From Mycobacterium tuberculosis H37Rv (GTDB lineage Bacteria; Actinomycetota; Actinomycetes; Mycobacteriales; Mycobacteriaceae): a DNA stretch of 32,000 nt. The notes below the pieces were generated by a model. It did no database searches and had not been told where the DNA came from. It was given only the letters and a program-made list of their open reading frames with translations. The position numbers were made by a program, and so were the translations under genes. Below are positions 19,607 through 27,836 of the stretch, piece by piece (position 1 is the first letter of the stretch; each line of letters begins with the position of its first letter). The stretch is from assembly GCF_000195955.2 (NCBI RefSeq), contig NC_000962.3, forward strand, positions 900,001-932,000, read 5' to 3'.

Positions 19607-20689
19607 ATGAAGATTCAGCAGGCAAAACCACCAGTGACCCAAGATACGTCTGCTACCTGTCCGCTGACCAGCACCGTGCAGGATTCCTCGCCGGTTGCGG
19701 GCCAGCTTGGCAGGCCTATAGGGTTCCGCGGACTGGCCGGCGGTTGCCCCGTGTCACCGCTGGGTTACGAATCGCCGCCGCTGCCGCTGGGGCCGGATTC
19801 GCTGACGTGGCGATACTTCGGTGACTGGCGCGGGATGCTGCAGGGACCGTGGGCGGGATCCATGCAGAATATGCATCCGCAGCTGGGCGCGGCGGTCGAA
19901 GATCATTCGACGTTCTTCCGGGAACGCTGGCCACGGCTGCTGCGGTCGTTGTACCCGATCGGCGGAGTTGTCTTCGACGGCGATCGAGCCCCAGTCACCG
20001 GTGTGCAGGTGCGTGACTACCACATCACCATCAAGGGTGTCGACGGTGCGGGCCGTCGCTACCACGCGTTGAATCCCGACGTCTTCTACTGGGCGCACGC
20101 CACCTTCTTTGTCGGCACGTTGCATGTGGCCGAGCGGTTCTGCGGTGGCCTGACCGAGGCGCAGCGGCGCCAGCTATTTGACGAGCACGTCCAGTGGTAC
20201 CGCATGTACGGCATGAGCATGCGGCCGGTGCCGGCGACCTGGGAGGAGTTTCAGGACTACTGGGACCACATGTGCCGCAACGTGCTGGAGAACAACTTCG
20301 CGGCGCGTGCCGTGCTCGACCTGACCGAACTACCCAAACCGCCATTCGCCCAACGAGTTCCGGATTGGCTGTGGGCCGCGCCGCGCAAGTTGCTGGCCCG
20401 GTTCTTCGTCTGGCTGACCGTCGGACTCTACGATCCGCCCGTGCGCGAGCTGATGGGCTACCGGTGGTTGCGCCGCGACGAATGGTTGCACCGCCGCTTT
20501 GGCGACATCGTCCGGCTCGTCTTTGCCTTGGTGCCATTCCGGTTTCGCAAGCACCCGCGGGCTCGCGCCGGCTGGGACCGTGCCACCGGCCGCATCCCCG
20601 CCGATGCGCCGCTAGTACAGACGCCCGCGCGCAACCTGCCGCCGCCCGACGAGCGTGACAACCCGACGCACTACTGCCCTAAGGTCTGA
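19607..20689 (+). CDS. DUF2236 (MpaB/rubber-oxygenase-like) family protein (Rv0826)
   Basis: The ORF is open from GTG 19598. ATG at 19607 or GTG at 19634 are alternative starts. It is divergent from the TetR gene. The family call rests on recalled annotation and the HPQLGAAVEDHSTFF region. Confidence 0.7.
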   Translation: MKIQQAKPPVTQDTSATCPLTSTVQDSSPVAGQLGRPIGFRGLAGGCPVSPLGYESPPLPLGPDSLTWRYFGDWRGMLQGPWAGSMQNMHPQLGAAVEDHSTFFRERWPRLLRSLYPIGGVVFDGDRAPVTGVQVRDYHITIKGVDGAGRRYHALNPDVFYWAHATFFVGTLHVAERFCGGLTEAQRRQLFDEHVQWYRMYGMSMRPVPATWEEFQDYWDHMCRNVLENNFAARAVLDLTELPKPPFAQRVPDWLWAAPRKLLARFFVWLTVGLYDPPVRELMGYRWLRRDEWLHRRFGDIVRLVFALVPFRFRKHPRARAGWDRATGRIPADAPLVQTPARNLPPPDERDNPTHYCPKV

Positions 20690-20740
20690 CCCCGGACCTG
20701 CGGCGCAACCGGGGCGTGGTTGTGCTCACCGTTAATTGGC

Positions 20741-21133
20741 TTACCCGACATCCTTGGTAGCCGATGCCTTAGCGACCGACTGCAGTCCGCCGGCAGCACG
20801 GTGGTGGCGGGGAATCCCGGGACCGGCGTGCTCGGCGTTGAAAACGGCGTCGATGACGAGCTGGCGCACGTGCTCGTTCTCCAGACGGTAAAAGATCGTG
20901 GTTCCATCGCGGCGGGTGCGCACCAGCCGCGCCATTCGTAGCTTTGCCAGGTGCTGGGAGACCGACGGCGCGGGCTTGCCCACCTGCTCGGCGAGTTCAT
21001 TGACCGACATTTCGCGGTCTGCCAGCGACCACAGCACCTGCACGCGGGTCGCGTCGGCGAGCATTCGGAACACCTCGACCACCAAGCAGACCTGATCGTC
21101 AGGCAACGGGTCAGGTCCACTATCTGCGTACAT
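20741..21133 (-). CDS. kmtR: ArsR/SmtB-family Ni(II)/Co(II)-responsive repressor KmtR
   Basis: 130 aa from ATG at 21133 (MYADSGPDPLPDD...). It has an ArsR-type wHTH (MSVNELAEQVGKPAPSVSQHLAKLRMARLV) and a His-containing C-terminal tail (EHAGPGIPRHH). Confidence 0.85.
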   Translation of the reverse strand: MYADSGPDPLPDDQVCLVVEVFRMLADATRVQVLWSLADREMSVNELAEQVGKPAPSVSQHLAKLRMARLVRTRRDGTTIFYRLENEHVRQLVIDAVFNAEHAGPGIPRHHRAAGGLQSVAKASATKDVG

Positions 21134-21190
21134 ACGCAAACAATAGAACGCGGGCGTGGTGGGCTGTCAAGGTCGCGGGTCGGCGCCCGC

Positions 21191-21613
21191 TCAGCCCGTC
21201 GGAGCGGCGATCGCGCTGCGCTCACCGCCGTTGGGTTCCTGCCGGAACCGGTAGACATCCACCGCGCCAGCCCTGATATCGGGCCGGTGCTCTTGGCGCA
21301 TCGGCAGGCGCCGGTCCTGCCATTCCTTGGCGAACTCGTCGTAGAAGGTGGCGGGCTCGAAGTACCTGCGGTCATCGACGTAATGCGGTTCATAGGCGTC
21401 ACGCGACGTCAGGAAGACAACCTCATCGGGTGAGCAGTAGTACAGCGATCCATAGCACATCGGACACGGATGGGCCAGCACGTTGAGAGTGGTACCGACC
21501 AGGTGCTCAGTGCCCAGCTTGGTGCACGCGGCACGGATGGCAAGGCTCTCGGCGTGGGCGGTCGGATCATTGGTTTGGGCCCATCGTCGAAAACCTGCCA
21601 TGCCTGCCGGCAT
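21191..21613 (-). CDS. Guanine/cytidine deaminase-fold (CDA) protein lacking its N-terminal ~50 residues; probable gene remnant (Rv0828c)
   Basis: Zinc and catalytic motifs are present (DPTAHAE; HPCPMC), but homology to guanine deaminases begins only near QTNDPTAHAE (~21570-21580). Upstream of that, the frame is the antisense of the TnpB fragment. Confidence 0.7.
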   Translation of the reverse strand: MPAGMAGFRRWAQTNDPTAHAESLAIRAACTKLGTEHLVGTTLNVLAHPCPMCYGSLYYCSPDEVVFLTSRDAYEPHYVDDRRYFEPATFYDEFAKEWQDRRLPMRQEHRPDIRAGAVDVYRFRQEPNGGERSAIAAPTG

Positions 21614-21865
21614 GTGCAAGACATCGGCTGGGACGAAAAATGGCAATGCGACGGCTGTTCGATCACGCACCAACGTGACGACAACGCCGCGATCAACCTC
21701 GCACGCTACGAGGAACCACCTAGCGTCGTCGGCCCAGTTGGGGCCGCCGTCAAGCGTGGAGCCGACCGTAAGACCGGGCCTGGCCCGGCGGGTGGCCGTG
21801 AAGCGCGGAAGGCAACCGGCCACCCGGCTGGCGAACAACCCCGAGACGGGGTGCTAGTCGCGTGA
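21575..21865 (+). mobile_element. C-terminal fragment of an IS605/IS1535-family TnpB (OrfB) transposase-associated nuclease (Rv0829)
   Basis: The translation PSSKTCHACRHVQDIGWDEKWQCDGCSITHQRDDNAAINLARY is the TnpB zinc-finger plus RuvC-III (RDDNAAINL) region, followed by a Gly/Pro/Arg-rich tail. It covers only about 95 aa of a protein that normally exceeds 400 aa, and no TnpA or element ends are seen. Confidence 0.8.
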
Positions 21866-21969
21866 CCACTAAAGATCACTCACTTGCAACGGTAGTTCGC
21901 AGTGGAGACCACGGTAGTAGCTAGACTATCTACATTTATCGCATATCCGTTTTGCTTGAGGGGGCAACG

Positions 21970-22875
21970 ATGGTACGCGCCGATCGTGATCGCTGGGATC
22001 TCGCGACGAGTGTCGGGGCGACGGCTACCATGGTCGCCGCCCAGCGCGCGCTGGCTGCCGACCCGCGATATGCGCTGATCGATGATCCATATGCGGCGCC
22101 GTTGGTGCGTGCCGTTGGTATGGACGTCTACACGCGGCTGGTGGATTGGCAGATCCCCGTCGAGGGGGATTCCGAGTTCGATCCGCAGCGAATGGCCACG
22201 GGGATGGCCTGCCGCACCAGGTTCTTCGATCAGTTCTTCCTTGATGCCACCCACAGTGGCATCGGCCAGTTCGTCATCCTGGCGTCCGGGCTGGACGCCC
22301 GGGCTTACCGCCTTGCCTGGCCGGTGGGCAGCATCGTCTACGAAGTGGACATGCCGGAGGTGATCGAGTTCAAGACCGCCACGCTGAGCGATCTGGGCGC
22401 CGAGCCGGCCACCGAACGCCGGACTGTCGCGGTCGACTTGCGCGACGACTGGGCCACCGCACTTCAGACGGCGGGTTTTGATCCGAAGGTGCCAGCGGCC
22501 TGGAGTGCTGAAGGGTTGCTGGTATACCTGCCGGTCGAAGCTCAGGATGCGCTGTTCGACAACATCACCGCGTTGAGTGCTCCCGGTAGTCGGCTGGCGT
22601 TCGAATTCGTGCCGGATACCGCGATTTTTGCCGATGAGCGATGGCGCAACTATCACAATCGGATGAGCGAGCTCGGATTCGACATCGACCTCAACGAGCT
22701 GGTGTACCACGGTCAGCGTGGTCACGTTCTCGACTATTTAACCCGCGATGGCTGGCAGACCTCGGCGCTTACGGTCACGCAGTTGTACGAGGCAAACGGC
22801 TTTGCCTATCCCGACGACGAGCTCGCGACGGCGTTTGCCGACCTCACCTACAGCAGCGCGACGCTCATGCGCTAA
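21970..22875 (+). CDS. SAM-dependent O-methyltransferase, mycobacterial LCMT-like family (Rv0830)
   Basis: 301 aa from ATG 21970 ([27 protein letters not shown]...). It carries the SAM-binding block [15 protein letters not shown] typical of this paralogous family. Confidence 0.85.
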
Positions 22876-22893
22876 AGCAAGCGATCTGACCGC

Positions 22894-23709
22894 TTACTGG
22901 CGAAGCAGCTCATCTTTCAGGCGACTGGTGATCATCTCCTGAAACACGACCTGGGCCGGACCGTACAGGTCCTGGAATGTCGACACTAAGGCGTCCCTGT
23001 TGTACTCGGGAATGGAGCCGCCACTGGGAGTCCAAAAGCTATCGATGTCCAGCAGGAAGAATGGTCCGGTTTGGGCGGGTGTTATTCGGCGCAGATGGTA
23101 ATTGGGATCAAGCGCTTGGCCCATACCCGGGCCGTAGCGCACGATGAGCGATTTGCCTGGTTGTAGCTCACGGTAGACTGCGGCACCCTGCCACTCGGTC
23201 AGGACCAGGCCGCCGGGAGTGAAACGCTGCGGCCCGAGCAGCTGCTCGTCGATCCAGTTGCTCCACGTGATCCGGCCGTCGACACCCGCGGGGACGCGGA
23301 TCTCCAGAACAAAGCGAAGACCGATACGCTCCAACCCAACGATTGACGAGACCTGCGCGCGAGCATCCACGACCCGCATCACAACGTCGGTAAAGGCCTC
23401 AAAGCTGCGGTAGGCGGTGGTCTCCACGACTATCGCCTGGTTCTTCAGTGAAGCGGCGGTGGTGTTATCGCGATTGACATAACGAACGAAACGATCCGCG
23501 ACCGGGGTGGGGGCTCCACCGGGCGCCGTCATCCCCCAGCTGACGTCCTGCGCCTGGCGTTCGATCGGTAGATCATTGATAAGCAGGTGTTTGAGCTCCC
23601 GGTTCGCTGATTCGGTGAGCGAATCCGTTGTCGGGTGACGGATTTCCACCGTCACCAGGGCAACGGGTGCGTTGGGCTGGACCTCATCCTGATTTGTCTC
23701 GGGGAGCAT
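22894..23709 (-). CDS. Conserved hypothetical protein (Rv0831c), possibly TIGR04255 family
   Basis: 271 aa from the internal ATG at 23709 (MLPETNQDEVQPNAPVALVTVEIRHP...); the ORF is open to 23811. GC is noticeably lower than in neighbouring genes. The family name is recalled only. Confidence 0.7.
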   Translation of the reverse strand: MLPETNQDEVQPNAPVALVTVEIRHPTTDSLTESANRELKHLLINDLPIERQAQDVSWGMTAPGGAPTPVADRFVRYVNRDNTTAASLKNQAIVVETTAYRSFEAFTDVVMRVVDARAQVSSIVGLERIGLRFVLEIRVPAGVDGRITWSNWIDEQLLGPQRFTPGGLVLTEWQGAAVYRELQPGKSLIVRYGPGMGQALDPNYHLRRITPAQTGPFFLLDIDSFWTPSGGSIPEYNRDALVSTFQDLYGPAQVVFQEMITSRLKDELLRQ

Positions 23710-23802
23710 AGACAGCAAGCATAGCCAGGTTGCTTTGCTCAGATCGCCGGACCGTGCATCGGGAGGGAATCGGCGATGCGCACGGCTTCGTGCCCCTGTT
23801 TG

Positions 23803-23875
23803 TGCCCCCACCAGGACTCGAACCTGGGACCTGCGGATTAAAAGTCCGTAGCTCTACCAACTGAGCTATAGGGGC
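23803..23875 (-). tRNA. lysT: tRNA-Lys (anticodon UUU)
   Basis: Folded by hand: acceptor GCCCCTA/TGGGGGC, D-arm GCTC-AGTTGGTA-GAGC, anticodon loop CTTTTAA, T-arm CCAGG-TTCGAGT-CCTGG, discriminator A. CCA is not encoded. Confidence 0.9.
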
Positions 23876-23998
23876 GCGAAGACTCAGGATACTGCGTTGG
23901 CGTCGGCCGCTCGTTTGAGGAATAGGCTGGGGGTGACCTAAGCTGGCGTGGCTCCCAACGGTCACCACGTTGCGAGTGCCCCGGAGAGATTCGGTTCT

Positions 23999-24072
23999 GC
24001 CCCCTTCGTCTAGACGGCCTAGGACGCCGCCCTTTCAAGGCGGTAACGCGGGTTCGAATCCCGTAGGGGGTA
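23999..24072 (+). tRNA. gluT: tRNA-Glu (anticodon UUC)
   Basis: Folded by hand: acceptor GCCCCCT/AGGGGGT, D-arm GTCT..GGAC, anticodon arm CCGCC-CTTTCAA-GGCGG, T-arm GCGGG-TTCGAAT-CCCGT. The ends are uncertain by 1-3 nt. Confidence 0.85.
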
Positions 24073-24109
24073 CCTGCGACGCGGTATCGCGGAGCACACA
24101 ACACAGCAA

Positions 24110-24186
24110 GGCCCTGTGGCGCAGTTGGTTAGCGCGCCGCCCTGTCACGGCGGAGGTCGCGGGTTCGAGTCCCGTCAGGGTCGCCA
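24110..24186 (+). tRNA. aspT: tRNA-Asp (anticodon GUC), CCA encoded
   Basis: Acceptor GGCCCTG/CAGGGTC, D-arm GCGC-AGTTGGTTA-GCGC, anticodon arm CCGCC-CTGTCAC-GGCGG, T-arm GCGGG-TTCGAGT-CCCGT, then G-CCA. Confidence 0.9.
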
Positions 24187-24212
24187 GGACGGTGAGGCAC
24201 ATGCTGCCTTCC

Positions 24213-24289
24213 GGCCAGGTAGCTCAGTCGGTATGAGCGTCCGCCTGAAAAGCGGAAGGTCGGCGGTTCGATCCCGCCCCTGGCCACCA
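24213..24289 (+). tRNA. pheU: tRNA-Phe (anticodon GAA), CCA encoded
   Basis: Acceptor GGCCAGG/CCTGGCC, D-arm GCTC-AGTCGGTAT-GAGC, anticodon arm TCCGC-CTGAAAA-GCGGA, T-arm GGCGG-TTCGATC-CCGCC, then A-CCA. Confidence 0.9.
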
Positions 24290-24950
24290 TGGTCTACCTG
24301 GATAGGCACTGTGGCGGCACTGCTACGTAGCCGACCTCCCTGGGTCTGGGTGATTGGTCCCGGGCTGCGATGGTCGTGAGCACACGCCCGGATCACCGAT
24401 GCCGTCCCGCCCCGGTAGGCCATCGCGGCGATGATCGAGATTGCCGGCCGGGTTGATCGCTGCGGATTCCACCCGGGTCGAACGGCGGGTCCATCTGCTC
24501 CTCGATCGCTCGTGAAAGACCTGATTGTTCAGCCATTTCCAGCATCACAGGCGCCAAACCCATTGGCCGACATCAAATTCCGCTCGTCAACCACCGCCGG
24601 CTCGGTGGTGAACGCATGCAGTGAATGGGTCAAAAGTGTGGTCTTGGACTGTAGAGAAATGCGACGTGAGCGCTGGTGTTGTCCCAGGCCAGAAGGCCCA
24701 GAAGACTTGTCGCGGTTCGCACGCCGATCGAGTCACCGGACCATCCATGGGCGATGCGCCGGAAAACCAGACGCGCGCAAGCCTCGAAGGCCTTGGCGTG
24801 GCGAAGGGCCGCCGGCTAGGGCAACCCTCGTATTCCCGGATGTTGGCGGCCCGACGGGATTACACTGCTTCCTGCTGATTCCTCCCTGCGATCGGTCGAT
24901 CGCAGGATCGGTTGGCATCGAGGTCATGTCGCTGTGGGAGGAGATGTCGC

Positions 24951-25364
24951 GTGTCTTATGTGAGCGTGTTGCCCGCTACGCTGGCCACAGCGGCAACAGA
25001 GGTGGCCCGCATCGGCTCGGCGCTCAGTTTGGCTAGCGCGGTCGCGGCGGCCCAGACCAGCGCGGTGCAGGCCGCGGCCGCGGATGAGGTGTCGGCGGCG
25101 ATCGCTGCGCTGTTTTCCGCCCACGGGCGGGATTTTCAGGCGCTCAGCGCGCGGGCGGCAGCGTTTCATCACGAGTTTGTGCAGGCCCTGGCCGCGGGTG
25201 CGGGGTCCTATGCGGTCGCCGAGATTGCCGCCGCATCGCCGTTGCAGAGCCTGATCGACGTGTTCAACGCGCCCATCCAGGCCGCCACCGGGCGCCCGCT
25301 GATCGGCAACGGCGCCAACGGCCAGCCGGGCACCGGGGCCCCGGGGGGCCCGGCGGGTGGTTGA
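24951..25364 (+). CDS. PE_PGRS12: PE domain plus linker; 5' part of a frameshift-split PE_PGRS gene (PE_PGRS12, Rv0832)
   Basis: GTG at 24951, preceded by the SD gggaggag. The PE domain reads [25 protein letters not shown]...[15 protein letters not shown]..., followed by the GRPLIGNG linker. It ends at a TGA created by a frameshift just before the expected GGW motif. Confidence 0.85.
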   Translation: MSYVSVLPATLATAATEVARIGSALSLASAVAAAQTSAVQAAAADEVSAAIAALFSAHGRDFQALSARAAAFHHEFVQALAAGAGSYAVAEIAAASPLQSLIDVFNAPIQAATGRPLIGNGANGQPGTGAPGGPAGG

Positions 25365-27610
25365 TCGGCAACGGCGGGGCCGGCGGGTCCGGGGCGCCCG
25401 GCGCCATCGGTGGGGCCGGCGGGCCCGCGGGGTTGATCGGTGTCGGAGGTGCCGGCGGGGCCGGTGGAGACTCCGCGGTCGCGGGTGTCATCGGAGGGGC
25501 CGGTGGGGCAGGCGGGGCTGCCCTGCTGTTCGGTGCCGGTGGGGCCGGCGGGGCCGGGGGTTCCGGCGGTTCCGGCGCAGCTGGTGGGGCCGGTGGCGCC
25601 GGTGGGGCCGGCGGGCTGTTCGCCAGCGGCGGCAGCGGCGGGTTCGGCGGGTTCGCATCGACGGGCACCGGTGGGGCCGGCGGCACCGGTGGGGCTGGTG
25701 GGTTGTTCGCCAGCGGCGGGGTCGGCGGTACTGGCGGGGGAGCCGGGTCCGGCGGTACCGGTGGGGTTGGTGGGACGGGTGGGGCCGGAGGGCTGTTCGC
25801 TAGCGGCGGCGCTGGCGGGGCCGGCGGGTCCGGCGGTACCGGTGGGGCTGGTGGGACGGGTGGGGCCGGCGGGCTGTTCGGAGCCGGTGGCGCTGGCGGG
25901 CTCGGCGGGCAAGGCAACCACACCGGCGGGCACGGTGGGGCCGGTGGCAGCGCCGGCCTGCTCGCCCTTGGCGACGGCGGCGCTGGCGGGGCCGGCGGGG
26001 CCGCTACCACCGGAACCGGCGGGGCCGGCGGGGCGGGTGGCAAGGCCGGCCTGCTGTTCGGCTCCGGTGGGGCCGGTGGGTCCGGTGGGGCTGCCGGCAC
26101 CTTCGGTGACACCGGTAACTCCGGCGGGGCCGGTGGGGCGGGTGGCAAGGCCGGCCTGCTGTTCGGCTCCGGTGGGGCCGGTGGGTCCGGCGGCGCTGGG
26201 GGCTTCGCCAACGGCTCTACCGGCGGTGCCGGCGGGGCCGGCGGCGGGGCCGGGCTGATCGGCAACGGCGGCAACGGTGGCAGCGGCGGCACGTCGGTTG
26301 CCACCGGGGGGGCCGGGAACGGCGGTGCCGGCGGCGCCGGCGGCGGGGCCGGGCTGATCGGCAACGGCGGCAACGGCGGCAGTGGCGGAATGGGCGATGC
26401 CCCGGGCGGCACCGGCGTCGGCGGCATCGGTGGGCTGTTGTTGGGTTTGGACGGCGCCAACGCCCCGGCCAGCACCAACCCGCTGCACACCGCGCAGCAG
26501 CAGGCGTTGGCCGCAGTCAACGCGCCCATCCAGGCCGTGACCGGGCGCCCGCTGATCGGCAACGGCGCCAACGGCGCCCCGGGCAGCGGGGCCCCCGGCG
26601 GGCACGGCGGGTGGTTGTTCGGCGGCGGAGGGACCGGCGGGTCCGGCGTCAGCGGCGGGGCGGGCGGAGATGGCGGGGCCGGCGGGATCTTGTTCGGCGC
26701 CGGCGGGGCCGGCGGCGCGGGCGGGGCCGTCACGGGAACCGGCGCCACCGGCGGGTCCGGTGGGGCCGGCGGTGGAGCCTTGCTGTTTGGGGCCGGTGGG
26801 GCCGGTGGAGCCGGCGGGTCCAGCGGGATTGGCGGGTTCGCCGCGGGCGGGGCCGGTGGGCCCGGAGGGGCCGGTGGGCTGTTCAACGGCGGCGGGGCCG
26901 GCGGGGCCGGCGGGTCCGGCGTCAGCGGCGGGGCTGGCGGGGAGGGCGGGGCCGGCGGGGCCGGTGGCCTGTTCGCCGGTGGCGGGGCCGGCGGGGCCGG
27001 CGGATCGGGCAACAACGTCGGGGGGGCCGGCGGGGCCGGTGGGGTCGGTGGGCTGTTCGGGGCCGGCGGGGCCGGCGGATCCGGCGGCGGCGGTAGCGTT
27101 GCTGGCGACAGTGGGGCCGGCGGCAACGCGGGCTTGCTCGCCCCCGGTCTCGCCGGCGGTGCCGGCGGTGGCGGCGGGCAGGGTTTTGACACCGGCGGGG
27201 CCGGCGGGCCCGGCGGCGACGCCGGCCTGCTGGTCGGCTCCGGCGGGGTCGGAGGTGCCGGCGGATTCGGCCTCACTACGGGTGGGCCTGGGGCGGCCGG
27301 CGGCGACGCCGGCCTGCTGTTCGGCTCCGGCGGCGCTGGCGGGGCCGGCGGCTCCGGCCGAACCGACCTCGGCGGCGCTGGCGGAGCCGGCGGCAAGGCC
27401 GGGCTGATCGGCAACGGCGGTAACGGCGGGGCCGGCGGGGCCGGCGGGAACGGCGGCGGGGACGGCGGGCCCGGTGGAGCCGCCTTCGGGCTCGGTAACG
27501 GCGGCAACGGCGGCAACGGGGGGACCGGCACGTCCGCGGGCAGCCCCGGTGCCGGCGGCGCCGGTGGTTCGCTGATCGGCGCGGAGGGGCTGCCCGGGCT
27601 GCTGCCCTAG
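25361..27610 (+). CDS. PE_PGRS13: PGRS (Gly-Gly-Ala/Asn repeat) domain; 3' part of the split PE_PGRS gene (PE_PGRS13, Rv0833)
   Basis: 749-aa ORF made almost entirely of GGAGGxG repeats. It has no PE domain of its own, and its nominal TTG start overlaps the PE_PGRS12 stop. Confidence 0.85.
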   Translation: MIGNGGAGGSGAPGAIGGAGGPAGLIGVGGAGGAGGDSAVAGVIGGAGGAGGAALLFGAGGAGGAGGSGGSGAAGGAGGAGGAGGLFASGGSGGFGGFASTGTGGAGGTGGAGGLFASGGVGGTGGGAGSGGTGGVGGTGGAGGLFASGGAGGAGGSGGTGGAGGTGGAGGLFGAGGAGGLGGQGNHTGGHGGAGGSAGLLALGDGGAGGAGGAATTGTGGAGGAGGKAGLLFGSGGAGGSGGAAGTFGDTGNSGGAGGAGGKAGLLFGSGGAGGSGGAGGFANGSTGGAGGAGGGAGLIGNGGNGGSGGTSVATGGAGNGGAGGAGGGAGLIGNGGNGGSGGMGDAPGGTGVGGIGGLLLGLDGANAPASTNPLHTAQQQALAAVNAPIQAVTGRPLIGNGANGAPGSGAPGGHGGWLFGGGGTGGSGVSGGAGGDGGAGGILFGAGGAGGAGGAVTGTGATGGSGGAGGGALLFGAGGAGGAGGSSGIGGFAAGGAGGPGGAGGLFNGGGAGGAGGSGVSGGAGGEGGAGGAGGLFAGGGAGGAGGSGNNVGGAGGAGGVGGLFGAGGAGGSGGGGSVAGDSGAGGNAGLLAPGLAGGAGGGGGQGFDTGGAGGPGGDAGLLVGSGGVGGAGGFGLTTGGPGAAGGDAGLLFGSGGAGGAGGSGRTDLGGAGGAGGKAGLIGNGGNGGAGGAGGNGGGDGGPGGAAFGLGNGGNGGNGGTGTSAGSPGAGGAGGSLIGAEGLPGLLP

Positions 27611-27836
27611 CCGGCCCGGTTGGACCACGTGATCGACGACCGTCACAAGTCGACACGCCGAACGTGCAACCACGGCGGCATCACCTGGCGTGTCGCCGCC
27701 ACCAGCGCACGCTCGGCACGGAGTTTAGCAACTACTCATCCAGAAGCCGGCCACTACGGCCTGGCCACCTGGTTTACCCGCATGGACGCGATGACCGCAC
27801 CGACCTGAGTCGGCATTGCTGGTTGCGCTCATCCGG

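Noticed and set aside
20671-21402. 243-aa minus-strand ORF overlapping kmtR and the deaminase 3' end in another frame
   Set aside because: It cuts across two genes and an intergenic region. The kmtR frame has a clear ArsR wHTH, so this frame is a Ser/Arg/Pro-rich artefact.
24431-25036. 201-aa + strand ORF in the tRNA-Phe to PE_PGRS12 gap
   Set aside because: Third-position GC is only moderate by partial hand count. It has no recognisable motifs, and it overlaps the well-supported PE_PGRS12 start and SD in another frame. The region is kept as an open question in the findings, not called as a gene.
25208-27673. Very long minus-strand ORFs (821 aa and 755 aa, Pro/Ala-rich) opposite PE_PGRS13
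   Set aside because: These are mirror-frame artefacts of the GGX codon repeat: GGC/GCC/CCG periodicity leaves all frames stop-free. They have no PE or other N-terminal domain and no SD. The + strand frame has the canonical PGRS pattern contiguous with the PE domain.
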